Of a stretch of 64,000 bases of DNA, positions 9,473 through 19,152 are shown piece by piece. The DNA comes from Gammaproteobacteria bacterium. GTDB taxonomy: Bacteria; Pseudomonadota; Gammaproteobacteria; Nevskiales; Nevskiaceae. Where the stretch lies: NCBI GenBank assembly GCA_016182805.1, contig JACPFV010000003.1, forward strand, positions 16,285 through 80,284, in the 5' to 3' direction. Each line of letters begins with the position of its first letter. Within the stretch, counting starts at the first letter, position 1. Position numbers and translations under genes: made by a program. The notes under the pieces are model-generated. The model was not told where the DNA came from. It worked only from the letters and a program-made list of their open reading frames with translations, and did not search any database.

Positions 9473-10623
9473 CAGGCGAGCCTCTCGATGATCGTCACGT
9501 TGGCCACGCCGCCGCCTTCGCACATGGTCTGCAATCCGTAGCGCTTGTTGGTGCGCTCCAGCTCGTGCAGCAGCGTTGCCATCAGCTTGGTGCCGGTGGC
9601 GCCCAGCGGATGGCCCAGCGCGATGGCGCCGCCGTTGACGTTGGTCCGCTCGTGCGGATAGCCGGTCTCCTTGAGCCAGGCCATCACGACAGGCGCGAAG
9701 GCCTCGTTGATCTCGACGAGGTCGATGTCCTCCAGCTTCATGCCGGCCTTCTTCATCGCGTGCCTCGTCGCCGGGATTGGCGCCGTGAGCATCCAGATCG
9801 GGTCGTCGCCCAGCACGCTCATGTGGTGGATGCGCGCACGCGGCTTCAGGCCATAACGCTTGAGCGCGCGCTCGGACACGATCAGCATCGCCGAGGCGCC
9901 GTCGCAGGTCTGGCTCGACACCGCCGCGGTGAGCTTGCCGCCCGGCTCCAACGGCTCCAGCTTGGCCATCTGCTCCAGCGAGGTCTCGCGCGTGGTCTCG
10001 TCCTGCTCCAGGCCTTCCAGCGGCACCAGCTCGCGGTTGAAGCGGCGCTCGGCAATGGCCTGGCGTGCGCGGCGGTGGCTTTCCAGCGCGAACACCTCCA
10101 TGTCGGCGCGCGAGCAGCCCCAGTGGTCGGCAATCTTCTGCGCGGCATAGAACTGCGATACCGGTTCGCTGCCGAAGCGCGCGACCCAACCCTTGCTGCC
10201 GGAGAACGGGTCGTTGAAGCCCAGCGGCTTGGCCGCGACCATCGCCGACGAAATCGGGATCTGGCTCATGGTCTGCACACCGCCGGCGATGACTACGTCC
10301 TGCGTGCCGCTCATCACGCCCTGCGCGGCGAAATGCACCGCCTGCTGCGAGGAGCCGCACTGGCGATCCACCGTCACGCCCGGCACCGTCAGCGGCAGGC
10401 CGGCGGCGAGCCAGCAGGAGCGCGCGATGTTGCCGGCCAGGGGGCCGATGGCGTCCAGGCAACCGAACACGACATCGTCGTAGTCCTCGGCCGGGATCGG
10501 ATTGCGCTCGACCAGCGCCTTGAGCACGTGCGCACCGAGGTCGGCGCCGTGGACATGGGCGAGCTTGCCGCGGCGCTTGCCGGTGGGCGTGCGCAGTGCA
10601 TCGACGATATAGGCTTCGGTCAT
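9472..10623 (-). CDS. Thiolase (acetyl-CoA acetyltransferase family)
   Basis: The blocks [27 protein letters not shown] and MCEGGG are present. I trimmed to MTEAYIVDA. Confidence 0.9.
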   Translation of the reverse strand: MTEAYIVDALRTPTGKRRGKLAHVHGADLGAHVLKALVERNPIPAEDYDDVVFGCLDAIGPLAGNIARSCWLAAGLPLTVPGVTVDRQCGSSQQAVHFAAQGVMSGTQDVVIAGGVQTMSQIPISSAMVAAKPLGFNDPFSGSKGWVARFGSEPVSQFYAAQKIADHWGCSRADMEVFALESHRRARQAIAERRFNRELVPLEGLEQDETTRETSLEQMAKLEPLEPGGKLTAAVSSQTCDGASAMLIVSERALKRYGLKPRARIHHMSVLGDDPIWMLTAPIPATRHAMKKAGMKLEDIDLVEINEAFAPVVMAWLKETGYPHERTNVNGGAIALGHPLGATGTKLMATLLHELERTNKRYGLQTMCEGGGVANVTIIERLA

Positions 10624-10637
10624 GACGGAACTCGCGG

Positions 10638-11693
10638 TCAGTTGAAGGTTGCGTCGGGGCCCAGCGCGGCGCCGTTGCCGAGCACGAAGCGCGCAACGCG
10701 GGCCTTGTGGAAGGCACGGTTGCCCCAGGACGCATCCAGTGCCCAGGCGCGTTTCATGAACATCTGCAGGTCGGCCTCCCAGGTGTAGCCCATGGCGCCG
10801 TGCACCTGGATGCTCTTGCGCGCCGACAGCCAGGCAGCCTCGCCGGCGGCGAGCTTGGCGTGGGACACGTGAACCGGCGCCAGCGCGTGGCCGCGCGCCA
10901 GCGAGTACGCGGCGCGGTGCACCACCGGCTCGGCGAACTCGATCTTGACCGCGACGTCGGCCAGATGATGCTTGACCGCCTGGAAGGAACCGATCGGCTT
11001 GCCGAATTGCTTGCGCTGCGCGCTGTGGTCGATGCCGAGGTCCAGCATGCGGTGCGCTAGGCCCAGCAACTGCGAAGCGGCGGCCAGCGCGGCGCGATCC
11101 AGCACGCCTTCCCACAGCCCGCGGCCGGCGTTCGCCGGGCAAATGCGGGTCTTGTCACTCGGCGTCCACTCGATGCGATACAGGCGCCGCGACATGTCTA
11201 TGCTGGGATTGAACGTGAGCCGGGCCTGCGCCGGCGTCAGCGCGTGCACCTCGTCCTGGTGCCACAGCAGCAGCAGGTCGGCCAGCTCGGCGTCCGCCAC
11301 CAGCGGGTTCACCGGATGGCCCACCGCCACGCGCGCCTTGCCGGACGCGATGCGCGGCAGCCACTCGCGCTTGAGCGCGACGTCGGCCGGCATGTTCGTG
11401 AGCAGGTACACCGCCAGGTACGCGGTGTCCGACAGCGAATCGGGGATGGCGTAGTAGCCCAGCTCCTGCTGCACCAGCACCCAGTCGAGGTCGGACAGGC
11501 CGATGCCGCCGAACTCCTCCGGCACCGACAGCGCAGTCAGGCCCTGGTCGGCGAGCTTGCTGCGCAGCTCGGTCGAGCGGCCGCTCTTGGTCTCCCAGAT
11601 TTCGCGCAGGTGCTCCGGCGCGGCCTCGGTCATCAGGAAGCGACGGATCGCATCGCGGAACGCGGTCTGCTGGTCTTCGAAGGTGAAGTCCAT
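10638..11693 (-). CDS. Acyl-CoA dehydrogenase family protein, beta-type partner
   Basis: The blocks FGKPIGSFQAVKH and HGAMGYTWEAD are present. The gene lies immediately downstream of an alpha-type ACAD. Confidence 0.8.
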   Translation of the reverse strand: MDFTFEDQQTAFRDAIRRFLMTEAAPEHLREIWETKSGRSTELRSKLADQGLTALSVPEEFGGIGLSDLDWVLVQQELGYYAIPDSLSDTAYLAVYLLTNMPADVALKREWLPRIASGKARVAVGHPVNPLVADAELADLLLLWHQDEVHALTPAQARLTFNPSIDMSRRLYRIEWTPSDKTRICPANAGRGLWEGVLDRAALAAASQLLGLAHRMLDLGIDHSAQRKQFGKPIGSFQAVKHHLADVAVKIEFAEPVVHRAAYSLARGHALAPVHVSHAKLAAGEAAWLSARKSIQVHGAMGYTWEADLQMFMKRAWALDASWGNRAFHKARVARFVLGNGAALGPDATFN

Positions 11694-11695
11694 CG

Positions 11696-12859
11696 TCAGG
11701 ACCTCGGCAGGCCGAGCATGCGCTCGGCGATGATGTTGCGCTGGATCTCGTTGGTGCCGGCGTAGATCGGCCCGGCCTGCGCGAACAGGAAGCCGTCCAG
11801 CCAGTGTCCGGCGGCCACGTCCGGCGCATCGGGCATCAGCTCGGCCCTGGGGCCGAGCAGGTGCATGGCGGTCTCGTGCATCAGCAGGTCCAGCTCGGAC
11901 CAGAAAATCTTGTTGGTGCTGGCCTCGGCGCCGATGTGCGCGCCGCGGTTGAGGCGCCCGGCGGTGCGGTAGGTCGCCAGCGCGTAAGCCTCGGCATCCA
12001 TCCAGCCTTTGACGACCTGGTCGCGCAGCACCGGATCGGCCTCGGCGGCGGCCGGATTCTCCCGGCACAACTGCACCAGGTTGCGCGCGGTCTGCTGGAA
12101 GCGCGCGGGCGAGCGCAGCATCAGGCCGCGCTCGAAGCCGGCGGTCGCCATCGCCACGTTCCAGCCCTGCCCTTCGGCGCCCAGGCGGTTCACTGCAGGC
12201 ACCTTCACCTCGTCGAAGAAGATTTCGGCGAAGCCGGTCAGGCCGTTCAACTGGCGGATCGGGCGGATGGTGATGCCCGGCAGGTTCAGCGGCAGCAGGA
12301 TGAATGTCAGGCCGTGGTGGCGCTGCGAATCCGGATCGGTGCGGAACAGGCCGAACAGCCAGTCCGCCCAGACCGCGCGCGTGGACCAGGTCTTCTGCCC
12401 GCTGATGACGTAATGGTCGCCGTCGAGCGCCGCCTTGCAGCGGATCGCCGCCAGGTCCGAGCCGGCGCCCGGCTCCGACCAGCCCTGCGCCCAGATGTCC
12501 TCGCCGGAGGCCATGCGCGGCAGGAAGCGCTTCTTCTGCTCCTCGGTGCCGTACTCCATCAGCGTGGGCGCGAGCAGGAAGACGCCGTTCTGGTTCACCC
12601 GCAACGGCGCACCGGCGCGCCAGTACTCTTCCTCGAAGATCAGCCACTCGATCAGGTCGCAGCCGCGGCCGCCGACCTCGGTCGGCCAAGTCACGGCGCT
12701 CCAGCGGCCGGAGAACAGCTTGCGCTCCCAGGCACGGTGCTGCTCGAATCCGGCTTCCGTATCGAAGCTCGGCAAGGTCTCGCGCGGCGTGTTTGCCGCC
12801 AGCCAATCGCGGATCTCGGCGCGGAAGCGCTTCTGCGGCTCGGTGTATTCGAGTCTCAT
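11696..12859 (-). CDS. Acyl-CoA dehydrogenase, alpha-type partner
   Basis: The blocks GWSEPGAGSD and IYAGTNEIQRNIIAER are present. It is paralogous to 6260-7450. Confidence 0.9.
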   Translation of the reverse strand: MRLEYTEPQKRFRAEIRDWLAANTPRETLPSFDTEAGFEQHRAWERKLFSGRWSAVTWPTEVGGRGCDLIEWLIFEEEYWRAGAPLRVNQNGVFLLAPTLMEYGTEEQKKRFLPRMASGEDIWAQGWSEPGAGSDLAAIRCKAALDGDHYVISGQKTWSTRAVWADWLFGLFRTDPDSQRHHGLTFILLPLNLPGITIRPIRQLNGLTGFAEIFFDEVKVPAVNRLGAEGQGWNVAMATAGFERGLMLRSPARFQQTARNLVQLCRENPAAAEADPVLRDQVVKGWMDAEAYALATYRTAGRLNRGAHIGAEASTNKIFWSELDLLMHETAMHLLGPRAELMPDAPDVAAGHWLDGFLFAQAGPIYAGTNEIQRNIIAERMLGLPRS

Positions 12860-12866
12860 GGGTGTC

Positions 12867-13631
12867 TCAGGTCTGGTCGCCGAACTTCGCGTCGCGCTTC
12901 TCGACGAAGGCGCGCCGGGTTTCCGCGGAGTCCTTGCTCATGTAAGCCTGGAGCGTGAAGCCCTGCTCCCAGCGGTACTTGTCTTCCAGGTTGCCGTCCT
13001 CGACGCCGTTGAGCGATTCCTTGGCCAGCCGGATCATCGCCGGGCTCTTGGCCGCGATCTTGCGGGCGATGGCGAGGGCGGTCTCGCGCAGCTCGGCGCG
13101 CGGCACCACGCGCTCGACGGCGCCCAGCCGGTACGCTTCCGCGGCCGCGATCGCCTCGCCGGTGAAATACATGGCGCGCACCTTCTGCACGGGAAACAGG
13201 CGCTGCAAGTGCGCGGCGCCGCCCATGGCGCCGCGGTCCACCTCCGGCACCGCGAAGGTCGCATCCTCGGCGGCGACGACGATGTCGGCCGCGCCGGCGA
13301 TGCCGATGCCGCCGCCCAGCACGTAGCCGTGCACGGCCGCGATCACCGGCACCGGGTTGCGGTGCACCGCCTTATACGTGCGGTAGTTGCCGGCGTTGAC
13401 CGAGACGATGCGCTCCGGGTGCCGGTCCAGTTCCTTGATGTCCACGCCCGCGCAAAAGCCCTTGCCCTCGGCGCGGATCACGATGACGTGGACCGCCGCG
13501 TCCCTTCCCAGCCGCTCCAGCTCGTCGGCCAGGGCGTGCCAGCCGGCGTCGTCGATGGCGTTGACCGGCGGGCGCGAGAGCACCAGCTCGGCGATGCCGT
13601 CCGTGATGGTCGTAGTAAATGCAGTGTTCAT
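12867..13631 (-). CDS. Enoyl-CoA hydratase/isomerase (crotonase; EchA20-like by context)
   Basis: Crotonase motifs are present (FCAGVDIKE and GYVLGGGIGIAGAADI). Confidence 0.9.
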   Translation of the reverse strand: MNTAFTTTITDGIAELVLSRPPVNAIDDAGWHALADELERLGRDAAVHVIVIRAEGKGFCAGVDIKELDRHPERIVSVNAGNYRTYKAVHRNPVPVIAAVHGYVLGGGIGIAGAADIVVAAEDATFAVPEVDRGAMGGAAHLQRLFPVQKVRAMYFTGEAIAAAEAYRLGAVERVVPRAELRETALAIARKIAAKSPAMIRLAKESLNGVEDGNLEDKYRWEQGFTLQAYMSKDSAETRRAFVEKRDAKFGDQT

Positions 13632-14839
13632 AACTGGACCTCACCCCTACCCCTGCCCCCTCCCAGCGGCTCCGGCATCCCTGCCTCTCGCCGCACTTCC
13701 GCCGTCCTGGCGGTCGCAAGGGGATGGGGAGTCGTGCGTTCCCTCTCCCCTTGTGGGAGAGGGACAGGGAGAGGGGGTAGCGCCGCCAGGCGCAACTCGG
13801 CCTCCTCGACAATTGCCCGTAACAATTCCGCCACCGTCGGCAGCCGGTCGATCGCCGCCGCCACCTGCCCGCTCGGCAGCACGCCCTCGTCCGGGCGGCC
13901 CTCGACCATCGCGCGCTGGATCAGCACCGGCGCGTTGGCGGCCATGATCGTCTGCGCCGCCGAATCGCCTTCGCGCAGCGCGGTCAGCGCGGTGCGCAGC
14001 ATGTGGGCCACCGACATGCCCGTGCGCGCCTTCCAGCGCCAGGCCGACAGCAGGGCCACGAGCAGCCGGTGAAGCGCCCCGCCCCGTTCCAGCCGCAGCA
14101 GGAATGGGTTGTCGATCATGCGCTGCGGCAGCCCGTCCACCGCGGTCGAAACACGGATGCGCGCCGGGTCGTTCACGTCCAGGTACTTCTGCAAAGTCTC
14201 GCGCGGCACCGGCGAGTCCGCGGTCATCAGGAAGCGCGTGCCCATGGCGATGCCCGCCGCACCGAAGGCCAGCGCGCCGGCCAGGCCGCGGCCGTTGTAG
14301 AAGCCGCCGGCCGCGACCACCGGCACGCGCACCGCGTCCAGCACCTGCGGCAGCAGCAGCGTGGTCGGCACCGAGCCGGTGTGGCCGCCGCCTTCCGCGC
14401 CCTGCACGGTGACGATGTCCGCGCCCAGCTCCACCGCCTTGACCGCATGCTTGACCGCGCCGACCGTCGGCATGCACAGCACGCCGGCGTCCTTGAAACG
14501 CTTGATCGTGGCCTGGTCCGGCCCGCGGCCGTAACTGACGGCGCGCAGGCGGTGCTTGATAGTCAGCTCGATCACCTGCGCGGCGTTCGGCTGGAACATG
14601 TGGAAATTGATGCCGAAGGGGCGATCCGTGAGCTGCCGGGTCTTGGCGATCTCCGCTTCCAGCTTGTCGGCCGGGAGCGTGGCGGCGGCAAGAAAGCCGA
14701 AGCCGCCGGCGTTGCAGGTCGCGGCGACCAGCCTTGCGTCGGCGATCCAGCCCATTGCCGTCTGCACGATGGGATAGCGGCAGCCGAGCCGCTCGGTGAG
14801 CGGCGTGCGCAGAGCGGGCAGAGCGGACGGCGCGTTCAT
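13628..14839 (-). CDS. Nitronate monooxygenase-family enoyl reductase (IpdC-like by context) with a repeat-derived C-terminal tail
   Basis: NMO motifs are present (PIVQTAMGW, QGAEGGGHTG, AAGG). The last ~50 codons run through a palindromic repeat and have poorer G/C at third codon positions. Both ends show ATGA overlaps. Confidence 0.85.
   Translation of the reverse strand: MNAPSALPALRTPLTERLGCRYPIVQTAMGWIADARLVAATCNAGGFGFLAAATLPADKLEAEIAKTRQLTDRPFGINFHMFQPNAAQVIELTIKHRLRAVSYGRGPDQATIKRFKDAGVLCMPTVGAVKHAVKAVELGADIVTVQGAEGGGHTGSVPTTLLLPQVLDAVRVPVVAAGGFYNGRGLAGALAFGAAGIAMGTRFLMTADSPVPRETLQKYLDVNDPARIRVSTAVDGLPQRMIDNPFLLRLERGGALHRLLVALLSAWRWKARTGMSVAHMLRTALTALREGDSAAQTIMAANAPVLIQRAMVEGRPDEGVLPSGQVAAAIDRLPTVAELLRAIVEEAELRLAALPPLPVPLPQGERERTTPHPLATARTAEVRREAGMPEPLGGGRGRGEVQL
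13632..13795. repeat. GC-rich palindromic (REP/MITE-like) element
   Basis: There is a perfect small hairpin ccctctcc-N7-ggagaggg (13741-13763). It is flanked by a pyrimidine-rich arm (13640-13667) and a purine-rich arm (13755-13780). The translation is the PLPxGER/GRG-type peptide typical of such repeats. Confidence 0.5.
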
Positions 14840-16017
14840 CGCTTCACGATCACGGACGAGCCGTGCCCGAACAGGCCCTGGTTGGCGGTGATCCCCACAC
14901 GCGCGCCCTCGACCTGGCGCGCCCCGGCCTGTCCGCGCAACTGCCAGCTCAGCTCGCAGACCTGCGCCAATGCCTGCGCCGGCACCGCCTCGCCGAAGCA
15001 GGCCAGGCCGCCGGAAGGATTCACCGGGATGCGCCCGCCGACGCGGGTCGCGCCCTCGCGCAGGAGCCGTGCCGCGTCGCCGCGCGCACAGAGCTGGAGG
15101 TCCTCCATCCAATCCAGCTCCAGCGCGGTGGACAGGTCGTAGACCTCGGCCAAGTCGACGTCCTCCGGCCCGATGCCTGCCTCTTCGTACGCCTTGCGCG
15201 GCAGCGCGCCGCGGAAACGCTGCGGTTCGGCCGCGACCGCGGAGTCCGTCGCCAAGTCCGGCATCTCCACCACTTCCGAGGCGAAGGTCGGCGTGACCGT
15301 GGAGATCGCCGCGATGCGCGGCGCATCGGCCTTGCCGGCGCGGCGCGCGTACTCGAGGCTGGAGACGACGATCGCCGCGCCGCCGTCGGAGGTGGCGCAG
15401 ATTTCCATCAGCCGCAGCGGATCGGCCACCATCGCGGAGGCGGCGACATCCGCCGCGGTGAACTTCTTGCGGTAGCGCGCGTTGGGATTGGCAACGCCGT
15501 GCTCGGCGTTCTTCACCTTGACCTGGGCGAAGTCTTCCGGCGTATCGCCGTACAGGGCCATGCGCCGGCGCGCGTACAGCGCGAAGTAGGCCGGATTGCT
15601 GATGCCCAGGCGGAAGCGCACCCAGTCCGGATCGTCCGGCCGCTCGCCCTTCTGCGGCGCGAGGAATCCCTTGGGCGTGGTGTCGGCGCCGACCGCCAGC
15701 GCGACCGCGCACTCCCCCGCCAGGATCTTCGAGCGCGCGGCGGCCAGGGCCTGCGAGCCGGAGGCGCAAGCGGCGTAGGAGGTGTTGACCTGCGCGCCCT
15801 GCCAGCCCAGCGCCTGCGCGAAAGTCGCGCCGGCGACGTAGCCGGGGTAGCCGCAGCGCATGGTGGCCGCGCCGGAGACGAACTGGACGTCGCGCCAGTC
15901 GACGCCCGCATCGGCCAGCGCCGCGCGCGCGGCGGCGACGCCGTATTCCACGAAGTTGCGCCCCCACTTGCCCCAGGGGTGCATGCCGACGCCGAGGATC
16001 GCAATTTCCTTCGTCAT
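14836..16017 (-). CDS. Thiolase-like SCP-x/Ltp-type protein
   Basis: The fold is thiolase-like, with AILGVGMHPWGK, CASGS and NPSGGL. The ATG at 16017 overlaps the DUF35 stop (ATGA). Confidence 0.85.
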   Translation of the reverse strand: MTKEIAILGVGMHPWGKWGRNFVEYGVAAARAALADAGVDWRDVQFVSGAATMRCGYPGYVAGATFAQALGWQGAQVNTSYAACASGSQALAAARSKILAGECAVALAVGADTTPKGFLAPQKGERPDDPDWVRFRLGISNPAYFALYARRRMALYGDTPEDFAQVKVKNAEHGVANPNARYRKKFTAADVAASAMVADPLRLMEICATSDGGAAIVVSSLEYARRAGKADAPRIAAISTVTPTFASEVVEMPDLATDSAVAAEPQRFRGALPRKAYEEAGIGPEDVDLAEVYDLSTALELDWMEDLQLCARGDAARLLREGATRVGGRIPVNPSGGLACFGEAVPAQALAQVCELSWQLRGQAGARQVEGARVGITANQGLFGHGSSVIVKR

Positions 16018-16454
16018 CGCGCCGGCTTCCACTTCCAGCTCAGGCGGCCGTCGTCCAGCGGCTCCAGCGCCAGCTCCATATCCATGCCCACGTGCAGCGC
16101 CTCGACGCCGACTCCGCGCACCACGGGGCCGAGCACGATCATGCGCTCCTTCTTCAGTTCCACCGCGGCGATGGCGAAGGGCCGGTACGGCTGCGCCGCC
16201 ACGTACGGCTCCGGCGGCTGGTAGCAGGCGTTGGTGTACGACCAGAGCCTGCCGCTGCGCGAGAGCGGCACTTCTTCAAACGACTCGCCGGCGCAGGCCG
16301 GGTTGCGGCAGAACGTCGTCAGCTTCGGGAAGTAGAACGTGCCGCAGGACTTGCAGCGCGAGCCGAGCAGATGCGGCGCGCGCGCGTCCAGCGTGAACCA
16401 GCCGTCCAGCACCGGCAGGGCTGCGGGCACGGGTGCTGCACTCTCCGGACCCAT
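16014..16454 (-). CDS. DUF35 OB-fold / zinc-ribbon protein (partner of the thiolase-like protein)
   Basis: A CxxC...CxxxxC ribbon (CKSCGTFYFP...CRNPAC) is followed by an OB-like region. The gene is coupled to the downstream thiolase-like gene. Confidence 0.8.
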   Translation of the reverse strand: MGPESAAPVPAALPVLDGWFTLDARAPHLLGSRCKSCGTFYFPKLTTFCRNPACAGESFEEVPLSRSGRLWSYTNACYQPPEPYVAAQPYRPFAIAAVELKKERMIVLGPVVRGVGVEALHVGMDMELALEPLDDGRLSWKWKPAR

Positions 16455-16455
16455 G

Positions 16456-17247
16456 TCAGGCCGCCTTCGCCAGCGGCGGGTTGTTCTTGAGCACCGCCGC
16501 GCGCAGCTTGTGGGGGTCGAGCCGGCGGATGATGGCGAGCTGCTCGGCGCCCGGCGCCGGCGTCTCGCCCAGGTTCAGCGCGCGGTGCAACGGAAAGCCG
16601 GTGGCGGCCTGCACCTGCTCGAACTTCACGCCGGGGTGCAGCGACCTCACGCGGATGGCATGGTCCGGGCCGGCGAAGTCCATGACGCACAGGTCGGTCA
16701 CGATCAGGCGCAGGTCGACGTAGTCGCGCTTGACGCCCATGGGCCAGCGCGCCGGGTTGTAGCCGACGCTGCCGACCACGTCGACTTCCTTCTCGACGAA
16801 CACGCGCGGGCCGTGCGCGGGAATGAACATCGAGTTCGGGTGATTGATGCTGTTGCCGGGAAAACCGCGCACGCCCAGCATCTGCGCCTTGGGCTTCCTG
16901 AAGTCGCCGATGCAGGAGATGTTGCCCTGCCCCCAGCGGTCGATCTGGCTGGGCGTGACCATCGCGTGGCGCTGGCCGCGCCACACCGCGTCGAACACGC
17001 GCGAGAACGGCATCCAGCCGGCGAACTTCGGCTGGTACTCCCCGCGCGGGCCGATCGGCACCGGCTCCTCGACCAGGTACGCCTCGCTGTCGGTCATCAG
17101 CAGCTCCGGCGAGTGCGTGAGCTTGGCCAGGCCCGCCGCCAGGCGCGGCACGATGCCGATGCCCGAGGCCAGCACCTCGCCGTTGCCGCGCCAGGCTTCC
17201 GAAGCGGCGGCAATGACCAGATCCACCAGATTTCCGTGATCGCTCAT
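16456..17247 (-). CDS. CoA-transferase subunit B (IpdB/ScdL2-like)
   Basis: This is a glutaconate-type CoA-transferase beta subunit by size and layout. It lies 1 nt after subunit A. Confidence 0.8.
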   Translation of the reverse strand: MSDHGNLVDLVIAAASEAWRGNGEVLASGIGIVPRLAAGLAKLTHSPELLMTDSEAYLVEEPVPIGPRGEYQPKFAGWMPFSRVFDAVWRGQRHAMVTPSQIDRWGQGNISCIGDFRKPKAQMLGVRGFPGNSINHPNSMFIPAHGPRVFVEKEVDVVGSVGYNPARWPMGVKRDYVDLRLIVTDLCVMDFAGPDHAIRVRSLHPGVKFEQVQAATGFPLHRALNLGETPAPGAEQLAIIRRLDPHKLRAAVLKNNPPLAKAA

Positions 17248-17248
17248 T

Positions 17249-18130
17249 TCAGAACACCGGCAGGGGCAGCTTGGCCAGGCGCTCGGCGCCGCCCAGCCTG
17301 GCCTGGTACTCGGCCTCGGAGCCGCTCAGGAACTCGTCGCGATAGCGCGCCCAGCCGTTGTCTTCCGCCGCGCCGGCGGCGTAACGCTTGAAGTGCTCCA
17401 TGTCCCAGCCGTAGCGCGGCGCGCAGGAGGTCGGGTGCGCGCCGAAAGGCGCGTGCACCACGCCGGTGACGAGATAACGCTCGAAGAAATTGGCCTTGGC
17501 GCTCTCCGGGTGCGAAAGGTCCAGGCGATCCGTGAGCTGCTCGCAGGACACGTAGCAGCGCTCGGCGGCGCGCGCGTAGTGCTCGTCGAAGTACGGGTCG
17601 GGGCCGTGGATCTGCGTGTTGCCCAGGCGGTCCGCCAGGTCCACGTGCAGCAGCGCGGCGTCCAGCTTGATCGCCGGCAGCGCCAGCAGCACCTCGCCGT
17701 CCTCGTACGGCGACTTGATCGTCTTGAACCGCGGGTTGTGCGTGGTGACGTCGGTACCCAGGCCCACGCGCGTCGGCAGGAACGGCAGGCGCATGCCGGC
17801 GGCGCGCAGGCCCCATTGCAGCATGCCCTCATCCAGCTCGCAGACCTCGATTCCGCCGGCCTCGCGCGCCTTGCGGAAGAAGGGTTCGACCGGGATCGCG
17901 TCCAGCGAGACGAAGCCGTAGACCAGCTTCTTCACCTTGCCGGCCGCGCACAGCATGCCGATCTCGGGGCCACCGTAGGCCACCACGGTCAGGTCCTTGA
18001 GCGGCGAGCGCAGGATTTCGCGCACCAGCGCCATGGGCTTGCGCCGCGGGCCCCAGCCGCCGATGCCGATGGTCATGCCGTCGCGCAGTTGCGCGACGAC
18101 CTGGGCGGCGCCGATTTCCTTGTTCGGCAC
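17249..18130 (-). CDS. CoA-transferase subunit A (IpdA/ScdL1-like)
   Basis: The N-terminal block DGMTIGIGGWG is typical of family I CoA-transferase alpha subunits. The start is GTG. Confidence 0.8.
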   Translation of the reverse strand: MPNKEIGAAQVVAQLRDGMTIGIGGWGPRRKPMALVREILRSPLKDLTVVAYGGPEIGMLCAAGKVKKLVYGFVSLDAIPVEPFFRKAREAGGIEVCELDEGMLQWGLRAAGMRLPFLPTRVGLGTDVTTHNPRFKTIKSPYEDGEVLLALPAIKLDAALLHVDLADRLGNTQIHGPDPYFDEHYARAAERCYVSCEQLTDRLDLSHPESAKANFFERYLVTGVVHAPFGAHPTSCAPRYGWDMEHFKRYAAGAAEDNGWARYRDEFLSGSEAEYQARLGGAERLAKLPLPVF

Positions 18131-18131
18131 G

Positions 18132-19022
18132 TCAGCGGAATCCCACGGAGAAATCGTGGCCCCAGATGCTGACCTGCTTGGTCTGCGTGGTCTGGTGGGT
18201 CTTGGTGTCCAGCACCAGACCGCCCCAGCCGTACTCCAGCGCGAAATTGCCGGGCGTCAACATGTAAAACGAGGTCATGCGGTCGTTCTCGTGCTGGCCC
18301 AGCGTGGCCATGAGCTTGATGCCGTGCTTCTGCATGCGGTCGTGCGCCAGGCCCACCTCGGTCATCGAGTCGACCTCGACCATGATGTGCACGCAGCCGG
18401 AGGGGCTGGGCATCTCCGCCAGCGCCAGGCTGTGGTGACGGCCGTTGGGCGTGTACAGGAAGCGGATGCGCATCGCCGGCGCGTTCGGCGCCGGCCGGAA
18501 GTCGAAGATGTCCGACAGGCCGAAGCCCAGCGTCTCGCGGAAGAACTTGAGCGTGGCGTCGGACTGCATCGCCGGCAGCACGGTGTGGCCCGCGCCCAGG
18601 GCTCCGGTCTTGAAGCCGGACACGCCGATGGGCGACACGAACGGCGATTTCGGCCCGTTGTAGCCCCAGACCAGCTCGTGGCGGTTGCCGGAAGGATCGG
18701 AGAAGGTGGCGATGTCCTGCACGCCGCGCGCCTGCCGCAGCGCCGGGCTGCCCGGCTCCACGGCGACGCCGGCCTGCTTGATCGCCGCGACTGTTTCGGC
18801 GAAGGCGGTCGCGTCGGCGACTTCCCAGCCGGAGGCGAAATAGCGGTCCTGCGCGCCCTTCACCACCGCAATGCGGAAGGCGCGCTCGTCCATCTTGAGA
18901 TACATGCCGCCGTCCGGAGCCGACGAGGTCGCGGCGCCGAGCACCTGCTCGCCGAACTGCTTCCATTTCGATGGATCGGTGCTCTCGGCCACCACGTAGG
19001 CCAGCGCTTGTATCGTTGCCAT
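18132..19022 (-). CDS. hsaC: Type I extradiol dioxygenase (3,4-DHSA dioxygenase-like)
   Basis: The protein has two vicinal-oxygen-chelate modules. The blocks FSDPSGNRHE, RHHSLA, VHIMVEV and SIWGHDF align by eye with HsaC/BphC. Confidence 0.85.
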   Translation of the reverse strand: MATIQALAYVVAESTDPSKWKQFGEQVLGAATSSAPDGGMYLKMDERAFRIAVVKGAQDRYFASGWEVADATAFAETVAAIKQAGVAVEPGSPALRQARGVQDIATFSDPSGNRHELVWGYNGPKSPFVSPIGVSGFKTGALGAGHTVLPAMQSDATLKFFRETLGFGLSDIFDFRPAPNAPAMRIRFLYTPNGRHHSLALAEMPSPSGCVHIMVEVDSMTEVGLAHDRMQKHGIKLMATLGQHENDRMTSFYMLTPGNFALEYGWGGLVLDTKTHQTTQTKQVSIWGHDFSVGFR

Positions 19023-19152
19023 GCTCCGCCCTTTGCCGTCTGTTCTTGGACGATGCGATTATTGAGAGGCAGCCCCCGCGAGTGCTTCACCCGTTGGGAT
19101 GAGTCGAAGCGGGGGCCAAGCAACCACAAGAACAATCAATCGAGAGCAGCCC

